A stretch of 64,000 nucleotides of DNA from Squalus acanthias (taxonomy: Eukaryota), in the NCBI GenBank assembly GCA_030390025.1, contig CM059432.1, positions 4,340,001-4,404,000 on the forward strand. Direction: 5' to 3'. Positions 1-10,988 of this stretch are shown piece by piece. Under the pieces are notes generated by a model that did not search any database, had not been told where the DNA came from, and was given only the letters and a program-made list of their open reading frames with translations. Position 1 is the first letter of the stretch, and each line of letters opens with the position of its first letter. A program made the translations under genes and the position numbers.

Positions 1-655
1 GCATCAATTGATTGCGGAGAAGGATGGCGTTGTTGTTGGTGCTGCTGGTGTGCCTTGTGCTGCTGGTGTTGGGGCTGATCGTGGTGGGATTCTGAGGACC
101 AAGGTGAGAGAGTATAAAGGGCACCCATGCTGATGGAATAGATGGCAGGCGAAGTAGAGATGACAGAAGTGATCTGTCAATGGTGAGAGAGGTAATGAGG
201 TCAGACTGGATGGAGACTTGTGGAAAGACTTGCAGTGTGCTGAATCTGTTGTGGAAATGCAGTGAGGAAGAGCTTGTGGCTGAGGGAAGATATCTCTGTA
301 AGGTGGGAGCTTTTACTGTACATTTGAAGCTGTCAACTCAACAGCTGATTCAATGGCCACTGCACTCCCGCCTCAGCTTCACAGACGTGGTCCACGACCA
401 ACGTGGACCCTGTGGGCGAGCTGTCAAATGCAGAAGGTGAGCTGAAATTCATTCTCAAGTGGCTCTAAACAAGTCACTAACGACCTGAATTGGGTTCCCC
501 CGCCGCTGCCTGTTGGGTCTGCTCAGCGCTGACAGACCCGCCATCAGGGAAAGGTGTGTGGTGGTGTGTTCACAGCGGGGGAAAAAAAACACTTTCCCAC
601 CCGACCTGCCACCGATCATGCCCGTTGACCCCCCCCCCCCCGCAAAATTCCGGCC
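1..655 (-). mobile_element. Terminal part of a Harbinger-like element running off the window start
   Basis: Ends in ...AAAATTCCGGCC, a TIR like other Harbinger ends here. The minus strand from ATG at 128 reads MGALYTLSPWSSESHHDQPQHQQHKAHQQHQQQ, Q-rich like the transposase N-terminus at 27726. Confidence 0.5.
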
Positions 656-1962
656 ATAGACTGTTTGCTGTGAGTCTGGCGATAAGTCCCGCCCCGCCTC
701 CACCTCATTGGCTGCCACAGTGGTCAATAGACACTCTGGTGGAAACCCAATAACAGGTCTCCAACCCTTTTCCTCTTCCTGGTGTCCCTGAAACAGACAC
801 ACATAGGGTGTTGGCTGAGGAATATTGCGGCTTCTATCTTCTGTCAGTTGGCTGTAAAGACCCTATGAGAATTCTCAATCTAGATCCTAGTAACCATTGG
901 CTATTGGCACAAAATTGCCACAAATTGGGCAGAAATCTTCCTAAATCGGTAATCTTGCACAAAAGAGTTGCAGGATGGACGAGATGGGGAAAATACAAAA
1001 TTGTCACAGTTGTGTGGGTGGGCCTTGCTGTTCTGAAGTCGGGACTGAAACAGAATAGAAGTTTGTGCATCATAACTGTACTGCACATGACCTCGGAGTG
1101 GCTGATGCTCACACTGGGAGTCAAAAATGGAAAAATTTCAATTCCCAAGGAATAATAGCCTTCAACTTGATTTACCAAAAAATGGTTAAAAATGAAATGT
1201 TTCTCGAAAATAGGAAAGGTGAGAAAACGCGACAGGACAATAACAAGACGAACATTTTGAATGATTCTAAAATTGTTTTCACCAGACAAATTCGCAGAAT
1301 TCAGTTTCCATTATTTGGAGGATTAGGAGTTGCTTCAAGGTTCATGAAGAAAATGGAGCCAGTCCTTTAATAGAATCATAGAATCATACAGCACTGAAGG
1401 AGGCCATTCGGCCCATCGAAAGAGCTATCCAATTAGTCTTTGAAAGAGCTATCCAATTAGTCCCACCCTCTTGTACTTTGCCCTTAGTATATATTGTTAG
1501 TATCCAAGTATTTATCCAATTCCCTTTTGAAAGTTACGATTGAATCTGCTTCCACCGCCCTTTCAGGCAGCGCGTTCCAGATCACAACAACTCGCTGCGT
1601 AAAAAAAAATTCTCCTCATCTCCCCCTCGGGCCCTTTTGCCAATTATCTTAAATCTGGTTACTGACCCTCCTGCCAGTGGAAACAGCTTCTCCCCATCTA
1701 CTCAATCAAAACCCCCTCATAATTTTTGAATCTCTCTTTAACCTTCTCTGCTCCAAGGAGAACAATCCCAGCTTCTCCAGTCTCTCCACGTAACTGAAGT
1801 CCCTCATCCCTGGTACCACTCTGGTAAATCTCCTCCGCACCCTCTCCAAGGCCTTGACATCCTTCCTAAAGTGTGGTCCCCAGAATTGGACACAATACTC
1901 TAGCTGAGATCTAACCAGTGATTTCTAATGCTTTACTATAACGTCCTTGTTTTGTACTCTAT

Positions 1963-2229
1963 GGGCTGGATTTTGATACTGGGGCGGGTTGGGGTCGTGT
2001 CATCTGCATTTCGTGTTATCCACCCGACTGCAATTGGATGTGGGAGATTGATGCAATTTTCACCTAATTGGGCAATTGAGTTCCAGCATGTGGGAACCCA
2101 TGAACCAATTAGTGGTTTCAGTCTGAACGTCGCCTCTGATAATGTCATCATTGCTGCTGCATTGAAGGTCTTCAGAGACTGCCTGGCCTTTGGTGTGAGT
2201 GGACCTGGATGCAAAATGAGCAGCAGCTC

Positions 2230-2268
<39 letters not shown>

Positions 2269-2293
2269 AAGAGAAAGAGAGAGAGAGAGAAAT

Positions 2294-2329
<36 letters not shown>

Positions 2330-2775
2330 TTTTTTTGCATCCAGGTCCTCTCACAGCAAAGGCCAGGCAGTCTCTGAAGACATTCAATGCAGCAGCATCA
2401 GAGGCGACTTTCACACCTAATACTACTACCTTCATCACATCTCCGTTGTAATAGTGGACCTGCAGCTGATAGTCAGCTATCCACTTGTGCTCCCGCCAGG
2501 TTTCACTGGCGTGTTTCACATCAGGCGTGCTTCACGTCGGAAAAGGGTTAAACTAGCTAAAACGTTTCAAAATGGCATTACAAAGCCAATTTAGGGCTTT
2601 AATGGCCTCTCCCGCCTCTTGGAGGCGGGACAGAGTCGGGAACACTGCACACGATTTTATCAAAATTGCGTGGAGGCGGAATGGAGGCGGGATCAGGTCC
2701 GCCCGCCACTTTTCGCAATTTTAACCCCCCACACGCCTCCAAACCCACCTCCACGGTCCTATGAAAATCCAGCCC
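1963..2775 (-). mobile_element. Non-autonomous Harbinger MITE, family A
   Basis: TIR GGGCTGGATTTT...AAAATCCAGCCC with imperfect 3-bp TSD tat/aat. Homologous to 10989-11661, 34488-35173 and the ends of 27240-31219. Confidence 0.85.
2229..2325. repeat. (GA)n microsatellite inside the MITE
   Basis: About 97 bp of imperfect GA repeat. Confidence 0.95.
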
Positions 2776-3027
2776 AATGCCTCTATTTATAAAGCCAAGG
2801 ATCCCCTGTGCTTTTTTAAAGCTTTATCAACTTAATGATCATGAAAGACTGTTCAGCTATTCATACGGCAACAGAATCAGATGGAATGCCTTAACGAATA
2901 CTGCAGTATGTCTTTTATTTTCAGCTCATTAAATATAGGGCTGCAATGGGGAGATTGGAAATTAAAAGAAAGAACGAAAGATTGGAAATGAGTGAATGTT
3001 ACTCCATTTTTAAAGGTTAAAAGCATC

Positions 3028-3320
3028 GGCCCTGAATTCGCGGTCGGCGGCGTAGACGACATCCGAACAAAATCCACACTTGCCTCGTGCGACGCCTACC
3101 CCCCACCCCCCTTCGAAAAGTTGCTTCGAAACGTTGCGGAGTTGTGCGCAGCACAGTGGCCCACGGATCCCAGCGGCGCACCGTTGTGCGGAAGCGTACC
3201 TGGGATCACGCGGGGCGGCGCTCCTTTCACTTCCTGACTCTTAGCCAATCAGGAAACATAGAAATATCCGATGGGACAGCATTAAGCTTTGCAGAAAGTC
3301 CATCAAATTGCCCCCCCCCC
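3028..3320 (+). mobile_element. Fragment of a Harbinger-type MITE related to 25971-26722
   Basis: Starts GGCCCTGAATTCG and shares the internal CTGGGATCACG...AGCCAATC block. No right TIR seen. Confidence 0.4.
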
Positions 3321-4707
3321 ACCCCACCCCACCACCGCTGTCTCGGAATGATTATTGAAGAGCCTGTCCGTAGTTTGTGGGTGTCCATGACTTTGTGCAT
3401 GATATTAAGCATTCACATTTTCATTTAATAACGTGCATTGTGAATCACAAAAGAAGTGAATGTGATTAGTAAACGCAAATTATATGCGTTTTGTTTATTT
3501 ATACAATGGTTTGTCTTCTGTTTGGCACAAAGCCTATCCAAGGACAGATGGTCCCAAGGTGACCTTGTTTTATTTTTACTATTCCCACTGCACTTTCCAA
3601 AAGAAGTTTCACCTAACACAGTAAATTGAAGTTATTTTGATTTGCACAGTCTGGCCTAAATGCCGAGATATTAAAGTAATTATTAATACTTTAGTGCACT
3701 TTAGCAGATAGTTAAATGTTTCTGGCCTCTGGATAGGAACCATAAAACTCGATTAGGATGCTTTTTATGAGCCGTTGCATATTCCTAGCTCAAAATTTCT
3801 CATCCCCATCCCTCCCCACCCACCGTCCCTTTACGACATGCAACAGGCTCCTGTGCCTGATTGCACCAGCCATAAACATGTTCAGGGTAATTAATGCGCA
3901 GTAGGTGGGAAATTAGCTCAACCTCTTTGCCAGCACATCATTTGAATGAAGAGTCGAAAGTCGCAGTAGATCATCTGTCTAGTTGGAACTTGACAGATCG
4001 CAAGTTCAGGGGGAAATCCAAGGGCAGTACGACGGCGAACTCTGAGAGTACGCCGTCATACGACCGCAAATGCCAAAGTATCTTGAAATTATAGACCTAT
4101 TAGCATAAGGTATTGTCAGGAACATTGGTTCCAAGTGCCTTTAATAAGGGTGAAAACAATCATTGCGGCACAGCACGACGTTTGTGACAAGCCATGCTGA
4201 CCAAATGTAATCACATTTTGTGCTTTGAGCCGACGAGTGCAGATTGTTTATCCCTGACCTTCAGAAAGTATTTAATTAGGAGCTCACAAGAATGTTACGG
4301 CCTAAAGTGGTTGCTCTTGGGATCAAAGGTGTAGATTAATATCGATTGATTAAATAATGGAGAACAGAGCCTGATGATGCGTGACAGCACAGTCCTACCC
4401 ATTGGACACGCTGTGGTCAGCAGAGCGCACAAGGATCGGCCGGGGGACCTTTGCAGTTGCCGACAAATGAAAATACGAGGTTTATGTGAGAAAGCAAGGT
4501 GAGAAAGAGGGAATGCATACAGTTCAAAAGGATCCACCCAGATTTAGCCGCTGGGTTAAAGGTTCACAAAAGCTATGAGGGAGGTCATTTGAAATCTACT
4601 AACCTCTCCCTTTGTTCTTTGCCTGACAATTTTAAATTAACGTTGCTCAGTTATGACCATTTGATCTTATCAAAATCCATCATAATTTTGAACAGCTCCT
4701 AGTATTA

Positions 4708-5175
4708 TATAGAATTTACAGCACAGAAACAGGCCCAACCGGTCCGTGCCGGTGTTTATGCTCCACACGAGCCTCCTCCCACCCCTCTTCAACTCACCCC
4801 ATCACCATATCCTTCTATTCCTTTCTCCCTCATGTGTTTATCCAGCTTCCCCTTAAATGCATCTATACTATTCACCTCAACCACTCCCTGTGGTAGCGAG
4901 TTCCACATTCTCACCACTCTCTGGGGAAAGAAGTCTCTCCTGAATTCCCGATTGGATTTATTAGTGACTGTCTTATATTGATGGCCCCTAGTTCTGGTCT
5001 CCCCCCAACAAGTGGAAACATATTAGCCTAGAAATTCATCTCAGGCAGTGATGCAAACCGGACGCTACCGACTGCAATGGAACTGAATATCAGCCGCTGC
5101 GTACAATGGGCGGCCGATTCGATACCGCCTGCTTTGCACCACAGCCCGAGTCAAATTTCTAGGCCCTTCTCTACC
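4708..5175 (-). mobile_element. CR1 3' end fragment
   Basis: Typical CR1 3'UTR (cagcacagaaacaggcc...) and reverse-strand ORF end (FF-QRVVRMWN-like). Confidence 0.8.
5025..5165. mobile_element. ~140 bp MITE with Harbinger-like TIR inserted in CR1
   Basis: AGCCTAGAAATT...AATTTCTAGGCC, flanked by att/ctt. Confidence 0.65.
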
Positions 5176-6150
5176 TAGAATCATAGAATCATAGAATGGT
5201 TACAGCACGGAAGGATGCCATTCGGCCCGTTGAGCCCGTGCCGGCTCTCTGCAAGAGCACTTCAGCTAGTCCCACTCACCCACCCCTTCCCCATAGCCCT
5301 GCAAATTTCTTTCCTTCAGGTACTTATACAACTCCCTTTTGAAAGCCACGATTGAATCTGCCTCCACCACCCTCGCAGGCAGTGCATTCCAGATCCTAAC
5401 CACTCGCTGCGTGAAAAAGTTTTTCCTCATGTCGCCTTTGGTTCTTCTGCCAATCTCCTTAAATCTGTGTCCTCTGGTTCTCGACCCTTCTGCCAATGGG
5501 AACAGTTTCTTTCTATCCACTCTGTCCAGACCCCTCATGAGTTTGAACACCTCTATCAAATCTCCTCCCAACCTTCTCCGTTCTAAGGAGAACAGCTTCT
5601 CCAGTCTATCCACGTAAATGAAGTCCCTCATCCCTGGAATCATTCTTGTAAATCTTTTCTGCACCCTCTCTAAGGCCTTCACATCCTTCCTAAAGTGCGG
5701 TGCCCAGAATTGGACACAATACTCCAGTTGAGGCCGAACCAGTGTTTTATAAAGGTTCATCATAACTTCCTTGCTTTTGTACTCCATGCCTCTATTTATG
5801 AAATTGAGAGGTCGCACAACACCAGGTTATAGTCCAACAGTTCTATTTATGAAGCCCAGGATCCCGTATGCTTTTTTAACCGCTTTCTCAACCTGCCCTG
5901 CCAACTTCAACAATTTGTGCACACATACCCCTAGGTCTCTCTGTTCATGCACCCCCTTTAGAATTGTACCATTTAGTTTATATTTCCTCTCTTAATTCTT
6001 TCTACCAAAATGTATCACTTAGCAATTTTCTGCGTTAAATTTCATCTGCCATGTGTCCGCCCATTCCACCAGGCTGCCTATGTCCTCTTGAAGTCTATCA
6101 CTCTCCTCCTCACTGTTTGCTATACTTCCAAGTCTTGTGTCATCGGCAAT
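5176..6150 (-). mobile_element. CR1 LINE 3' part (RT C-terminal region)
   Basis: ORF 5266-5817 reads LYKTLVRPQLEYCVQFWAPH...NFFTQRVVRIWNALP, followed by a (CATAGAAT)n tail. Confidence 0.92.
5803..5841 (-). mobile_element. 39-bp Penelope terminal micro-insertion
   Basis: Matches the start of the Penelope piece at 9858. Flanked by a 12-bp direct repeat TCTATTTATGAA (5791-5802 and 5842-5853). Confidence 0.7.
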
Positions 6151-6154
6151 TTTC

Positions 6155-6560
6155 TACCCTATCAAACTCTTTCATAATTTTAAAGACGTATTTTAGGTCA
6201 CCGCTCAGCCTTCTCTTTTCAAGAGAATAGAGACCCAGCCTGTTCAATCTTTCCTGATATGTAAAACCTCTCAGTTCTGATATCATCCTTGTAAATCTGT
6301 TTTGCACCGTCTCCAGTGCCTCTATAGTTTGCGTAATACGGAGAACAGAAATGAACCCCAGTGCTTTGCTTGCAACTTTTTCATGGCCTTGTTAAGTTTT
6401 ACAAGGAGTATGTAGCCTCCTTATCCTCCTACCAAAATGCACCACCTTACACTTATCTACATTGAAATTCATTGGCCATTTACACACCAATTCTGCAAGT
6501 CTATTAAAGTCTTCTTGTATTTTGTTACAGTCTTCCTCAGTATTAGCTACACCCCCAGTT
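6155..6560 (-). mobile_element. Older CR1 fragment with internal deletions
   Basis: ORF 6392-6577 reads ...IQEDFNRLAE...MNFNVDKCKVVHFGR. Confidence 0.75.
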
Positions 6561-6589
6561 CGATCCGATCTCTTCATCTTTTCAGTTCT

Positions 6590-7032
6590 AAAAAGAAAGA
6601 AAGACTTACATTTCTATACCACCTTTCACGACCTCAGGATGTCCCCAAGTGCTTTACAGCCCAATCAAGTACTGTTTTTGAAGTGTAGTCACTGTTGTAA
6701 TGTAGGAAACGCAGCAGCCAATTTGCGCACAGCAAGCTCCCACAAACAGCAATGTGATAATGGCCAGATTAATCTGTTTTTTTTAGTGATGTTGATTGAG
6801 CAATAAATATTGGAAATAATGCCATGGGATCTTTTACATCCACCTGAGAGAGCAGACGAGGCCTCGGTTTAACGTCTCATCCGAAAGACGGCTCCTCCGA
6901 CATTGCAGCACTCCCTCAGCACTGCACTGGGAGTGTCAGCCTAGCTTTATGTGCTCAGGTCCCCAGAGTGGGACTTGAACCCACAACCTTCTGACTCAGA
7001 GGCGTGAGTGCTGCCCACTGAGACACAGCTGA
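6590..7032 (-). mobile_element. tRNA-derived DeuSINE (SacSINE1-like)
   Basis: tRNA head (TGGCTCAGTGG / GGTTCAAGTCCC-type boxes), Deu-domain core CCGTCTTTCGGATGAGACGTTAAACCGAGG and L2-like tail. Confidence 0.85.
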
Positions 7033-7057
7033 CAAAATGAGCACCAGTTTCTCTCAT

Positions 7058-7279
7058 ACGATAGCAAAATACTGCGGATGCTGGAAATCCGAAATAACAA
7101 CAGAAAACGCTGGAAAAACTCAGCAGGCCAGGCACCATCCGTGGAGAGAGAAAGAGAGTTAACGTTTCAGGTCGATGACCTTTCTGATGAAAGGTCATCG
7201 ACCTGAAACGTTAACTCTCTTTCTCTCTCCACGGATGCTGCCTGGCCTGCTGAGTTTTTCCAGCGTTTTCTGTTGTTAT
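7058..7279. mobile_element. Palindromic Penelope-derived mini-element
   Basis: 91-bp inverted arms (7094-7184 and 7189-7279, one mismatch) and a 15-bp TSD ACCAGTTTCTCTCAT (7043-7057 and 7280-7294). Confidence 0.85.
7182..7214 (+). ncRNA. Minimal hammerhead ribozyme core with truncated stem I
   Basis: CTGATGA-A-AGGTC atc GACCT-GAAA-CG-TT, with only 2 bp of stem I remaining. Confidence 0.55.
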
Positions 7280-7524
7280 ACCAGTTTCTCTCATCTCCCC
7301 TTGTAAGTAAAGCCTCTGATCTCTGCTATCATCTTAGTAAATCTCTGTCTCTTAGTGACCTCAATGATTCTTCCTAAGTTGGAGATAGGATACAACTGGA
7401 CACAGTTACCCTGATTTTCCGAGCCATTTAAACCTGTTCTGGGATGGGCTGGGCGCAGGAAATGCAACAGGGAGCCAGTCAGCTGGCTTCACATCGTCCA
7501 CCCCTTCCTGGTTTTCCTAGAAAT

Positions 7525-7885
7525 GATGTAGTAAAACGTCCCAAGACGCTTCACACAAACAAAGTTCGACACCGAGCCTACATAAGAAGTATTCGGACCG
7601 GTGACCAAAAGCTTGGTCAAAGGCGTAGGTTTTAAGGAGGGTCTTAAAGGAGGAGAGAGAGGTGGAGAGGCGGAGAGGTTTAGAGAGGGAATTCCAGAGC
7701 TTAGGGCCCCAGCAGCTGAAGGCACGGCCACCAATGGTGGAGCGAAGGAAATCGGGGGATGCTCAAGAGGCCAGAATTAGAACAGCGCGGAGATCTCGGG
7801 GGGTTGTAGGGCTGGAGGAGGATACAGAGATAGGGAGGGGCGAGGCCGTGGAGGGAATTGAAAACAAGAATGAGAATTTTTAAAT
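7525..7885 (-). mobile_element. L2 LINE 3' fragment
   Basis: Reads KILILVFNSLHGLAPPYL, followed by the L2 3'UTR. Confidence 0.85.
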
Positions 7886-8024
7886 TGATCTGAGAGCCCG
7901 GCTGTCTGTTCAGGTGGACAGAGAAGGACCTCATGACACCTTTTTAAAGAAGAGCAGTATCCAGGGCAACAGTCATTCCTCAACCAACACCTAGATTAAT
8001 CAAATCAATTAGATCATTAAAATG

Positions 8025-8940
8025 TCATGAACAGGTACAGAAAATAATCAGAAAGGCTAATGGAATGCTGGCCTTTATATCGAGAGGACTAGAATACAAG
8101 GGGTAGAAGTTATGCTGCAGCTGTACAAAGCCCTGGTTAGACCACACCTGGAGCACTGCGAGCAGTTCTGGGCACCACACCTCAGGAAGGATATATTGGC
8201 CTTGGAGGGAGTGCAGCGCAGGTTTACCAGAATGATACCCGGACTTCAAGGGTTAAATTACAAGGAGAGCTTACACAAACTAGGCTTGTAGTCCCTAGAA
8301 TTTAGAAGGTTAAGGGGTGATCTGATTGAAGTTTTCAAGATTTTTTTTTACTCAGCGAGTGGTTAGGATCTGGAATGCACTGACTGAAAGGGTGGTGGAG
8401 GCAGATTCAATCGTGGCTTTCAAAAGGGAGTTGGATAAATACCTGAAAGAAAAAAATTGCAGGGCTACGGGGAAAGGGCGGGGGAGTGGGACTGGCTGAA
8501 GTGCTCTTGCAGAGAGCTGGCACGGGCTCGACGGGCCGAATGGCCTTCTTCTGTGCTGTAACCATTCTATGACATGATTCTATGATTAAGGGGAACAGAC
8601 GGGGTAGATCGAGAGAAACTATTTCCGCTGGTTGGGGATTCTAGGACTGGGGCATAGTCTAAAAATTAGAGCCAGACCTTTCAGGAGTGAAATTAGGAAA
8701 CACTTCTACACACAAAAGGCGGTAGATGTTTGGAACTCTCTTCCGCAAACAGCAATTGATGCTAGACCAATTGTTAATATTAAATCTGAGATTGATAGAT
8801 TTTTGTTAACCAAAGGTATTAAGGGATATGGGGCAAAGGCGGGTATATGGAGTTAGATCACAGATCAGCCATGATCTCATTGAATGGTGGAGCAGGCTCG
8901 AGGGGCTGAATGGCCTCCTCCTGTTCCTGTGTTCCTATGG
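8025..8940 (+). mobile_element. CR1 3' part with a second CR1 3' end nested at ~8343-8585
   Basis: LYKALVRPHLE and KHFYTQKAVDVWNSLP motifs, with two 3' tails. Confidence 0.85.
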
Positions 8941-9023
8941 TCCTAAATCAAATATAACTTGGTGATTGAACCCCTAACACTTTTGGCCAACTTGCACCGC
9001 AAGACTGAACTCCCGCTGAGTCT

Positions 9024-9195
9024 ACACTCCGCTGGCCCCTCACACTCCACTGGCCCCTCACACTCCACTGGCCCCTCACACTCCGCTGGCCCCTCACACT
9101 CCACTGGCCCCTCACACTCCGCTGGCCCCTCACACTCCACTGGCCCCTCACACTCCACTGGCCCCTCACACTCCACTGGCCCCTCACACTCCACT
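9024..9195. repeat. 18-bp minisatellite, about 9.5 copies
   Basis: Unit ACACTCC(A/G)CTGGCCCCTC. Confidence 0.95.
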
Positions 9196-9856
9196 AGCCT
9201 GTCACTGCTCATCCATCGAAACCTACAGTCCTCGCAACTACCATACAATCCTGTTGCCCCCCTCACCACCAGCGTGGCGTTTACTGGATTCATTTCATAC
9301 GGTTAATACTCAGCTTTAATCCGAGTAATGAATTATATTATTTTACTAGTTTTATTAGTTAAAGCTAATGGGTGACAAGTATTTGATTTTGTCACCGTTC
9401 CTGAAAATGACACGTTATATGGAGAAATCTCAGGTATCGAGCATTCGGACAGAGGCAGCTTTAGCAACATGGCAAGGCGACTTTTGCTTTGCATCGATAG
9501 TAAGGTGACTGCAAAACCCTGGATTCAGCTTCTGACCTGACTCCAAAGCAGGTTTCCAACTCTGGTTAGACGTATACCTGGAGGTTTCATAAGAACATAA
9601 GAATTAGGAGCAGGAGTCGGCCATTCGGCCCCTCGAGCCTGCTCCGCCATTCAATAAGATCGTGGCCGATCTTCAACCTCAACTCCACTTTCCCGCCCGA
9701 TCTCCATATCCCTTGATTCCCCTAGAGTCCAAAAATCTATCGATCTCAGCCTTGAATATACTCAATGACTCAGCATCCACAGCCCTCTGGGGTAGAGAAT
9801 TCCAAAGATTCACAACCCTCTGAGTGAAGAAATTCCTCCTCATCTCAGTCTTAAAT

Positions 9857-10190
9857 GTGAGAAGTCGCACAACACCAGGTTACAATCCAACAGCTTTATT
9901 TGAAATCACAAGCTTTCAGAGCGCTGCTCCTTCGTCAGGTGAAGTGAAGAGATGCATATAGGCACAGCATATATAGTCAGAGAACACTGCCAGATGATTA
10001 CAGTTAATCTTTCTAACTGCCCTTTATCACACCTCGGCAGAGAGACAATCACGGCAATCAAAGGTGTGGATGGTGTCCAAACAGGTCAGTCAGGAAAACT
10101 TTACATCAAAGACAATGTGGCAGATGCTGGGGTCTGGATGGAAAACAAAAACCTTTTTTTGCTGGAAATCACAGCAGGTCCGGCATCTCC
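9857..10190 (-). mobile_element. Composite Penelope insertion (two different terminal fragments)
   Basis: Family-B end (cacaacaccaggtta...) followed by a family-A-like end (gcagatgctgg...cagcaggtc). Flanked by an imperfect cagtcttaa duplication. Confidence 0.65.
9906..9942 (-). ncRNA. Minimal type I hammerhead ribozyme (Penelope family B)
   Basis: Minus strand reads TCAC-CTGACGA-A-GGAGC agc GCTCT-GAAA-GC-TT-GTGA, with stem I, stem II and palindromic AAGCTT at stem III. Confidence 0.75.
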
Positions 10191-10988
10191 ACATCAGTCT
10201 TAACTGGCTGACCCCTTATCCTGAGACTATGCCCCTTAGTTCGAGACTCTCCAGCCAGGGGGAAACAACCTCTCAGCATCTACCCTGTCAATCCCCCTCA
10301 GAATCTTATACTATTCAATGAGATCAACTCTCATTCTTCTAAACTCCACAGAGTATAGGCCCAATCTACTCAATTTCATCACATGATCTCTCGCCTCTAA
10401 CCGCCTCGCCCGCACATTCCCGCCATTGGTCGCCCGACACGCTCATCGTCGCGGCGACCCGCCTTCCCGCACCAAGTGTCAGGTGACCCCGAGCTGAATT
10501 GCCACTCGATTGGATGATTCATGACCGTCAGTCAAACAACCAACGTTTCCCATCCCCAAAGTTTTAACAACTAATAACTGAAAGCGCTCAAAAGAAAAGG
10601 GAACAATTTTGTTTTAACGTCCCTATGATTGTTCTCCCGGGGTTTTTTTTTGCTCGCAGCCGTGTGCTGGAGATTCATCGTTAATTCCTGGAGACTCCAG
10701 GCCAATCCTGGAGGCTTTGACAACACTACTCTCGAAGGAGGTTGTATAAGAGTCCCCGGAGGAGGCTGTCTCTCACTGCTTGGATTTGATACCACGTGGA
10801 GTGGTGTCTTACATGGTTTAAATAAATCATTGAACGGAATTGCCCGATCTTCCGCCTCACTTTTTAAAATTCATCCAGAGCTTTATTTAAACGGACTGAG
10901 AGTGCAGGTTCCCCCTTGGGTGTAGAGCTCTGTGATAGTGTCTATATATACATGCATGTGCAGCGTTCTTTCCTGACTGGGAGACCAA

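Larger units (their letters stand above)
1369..2832 (-). mobile_element. CR1 LINE 3' fragment interrupted by a MITE
   Basis: (CATAGAAT)n tail at 1369-1390 and CR1 ORF2 C-terminal sequence. It resumes at 2776 (gcctctatttataaagcc). Confidence 0.85.
9588..10375 (-). mobile_element. CR1 3' fragment interrupted by Penelope pieces
   Basis: ORF 9679-9870 reads EMRRNFFTQRVVNLWNSLPQ, followed by a (CATAAGAA)n tail. Confidence 0.88.
9549..10726. mobile_element. Degenerate hAT-like non-autonomous element split by a CR1/Penelope insertion
   Basis: Ends caggtttccaac and tttgacaacact resemble AGGGTTGCCAAC-type TIRs. The sequence is interrupted at 9588-10375 with a short tttcat repeat at the junctions. 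Confidence 0.45.

Noticed and set aside
1928..2519. ORFs with (ER)n and (SL)n runs
   Set aside because: They are translations of a GA microsatellite inside a MITE.
8943..9306. Repeat-peptide ORFs or a CRISPR-like array
   Set aside because: This is a head-to-tail 18-bp minisatellite with no spacers, in a vertebrate context.
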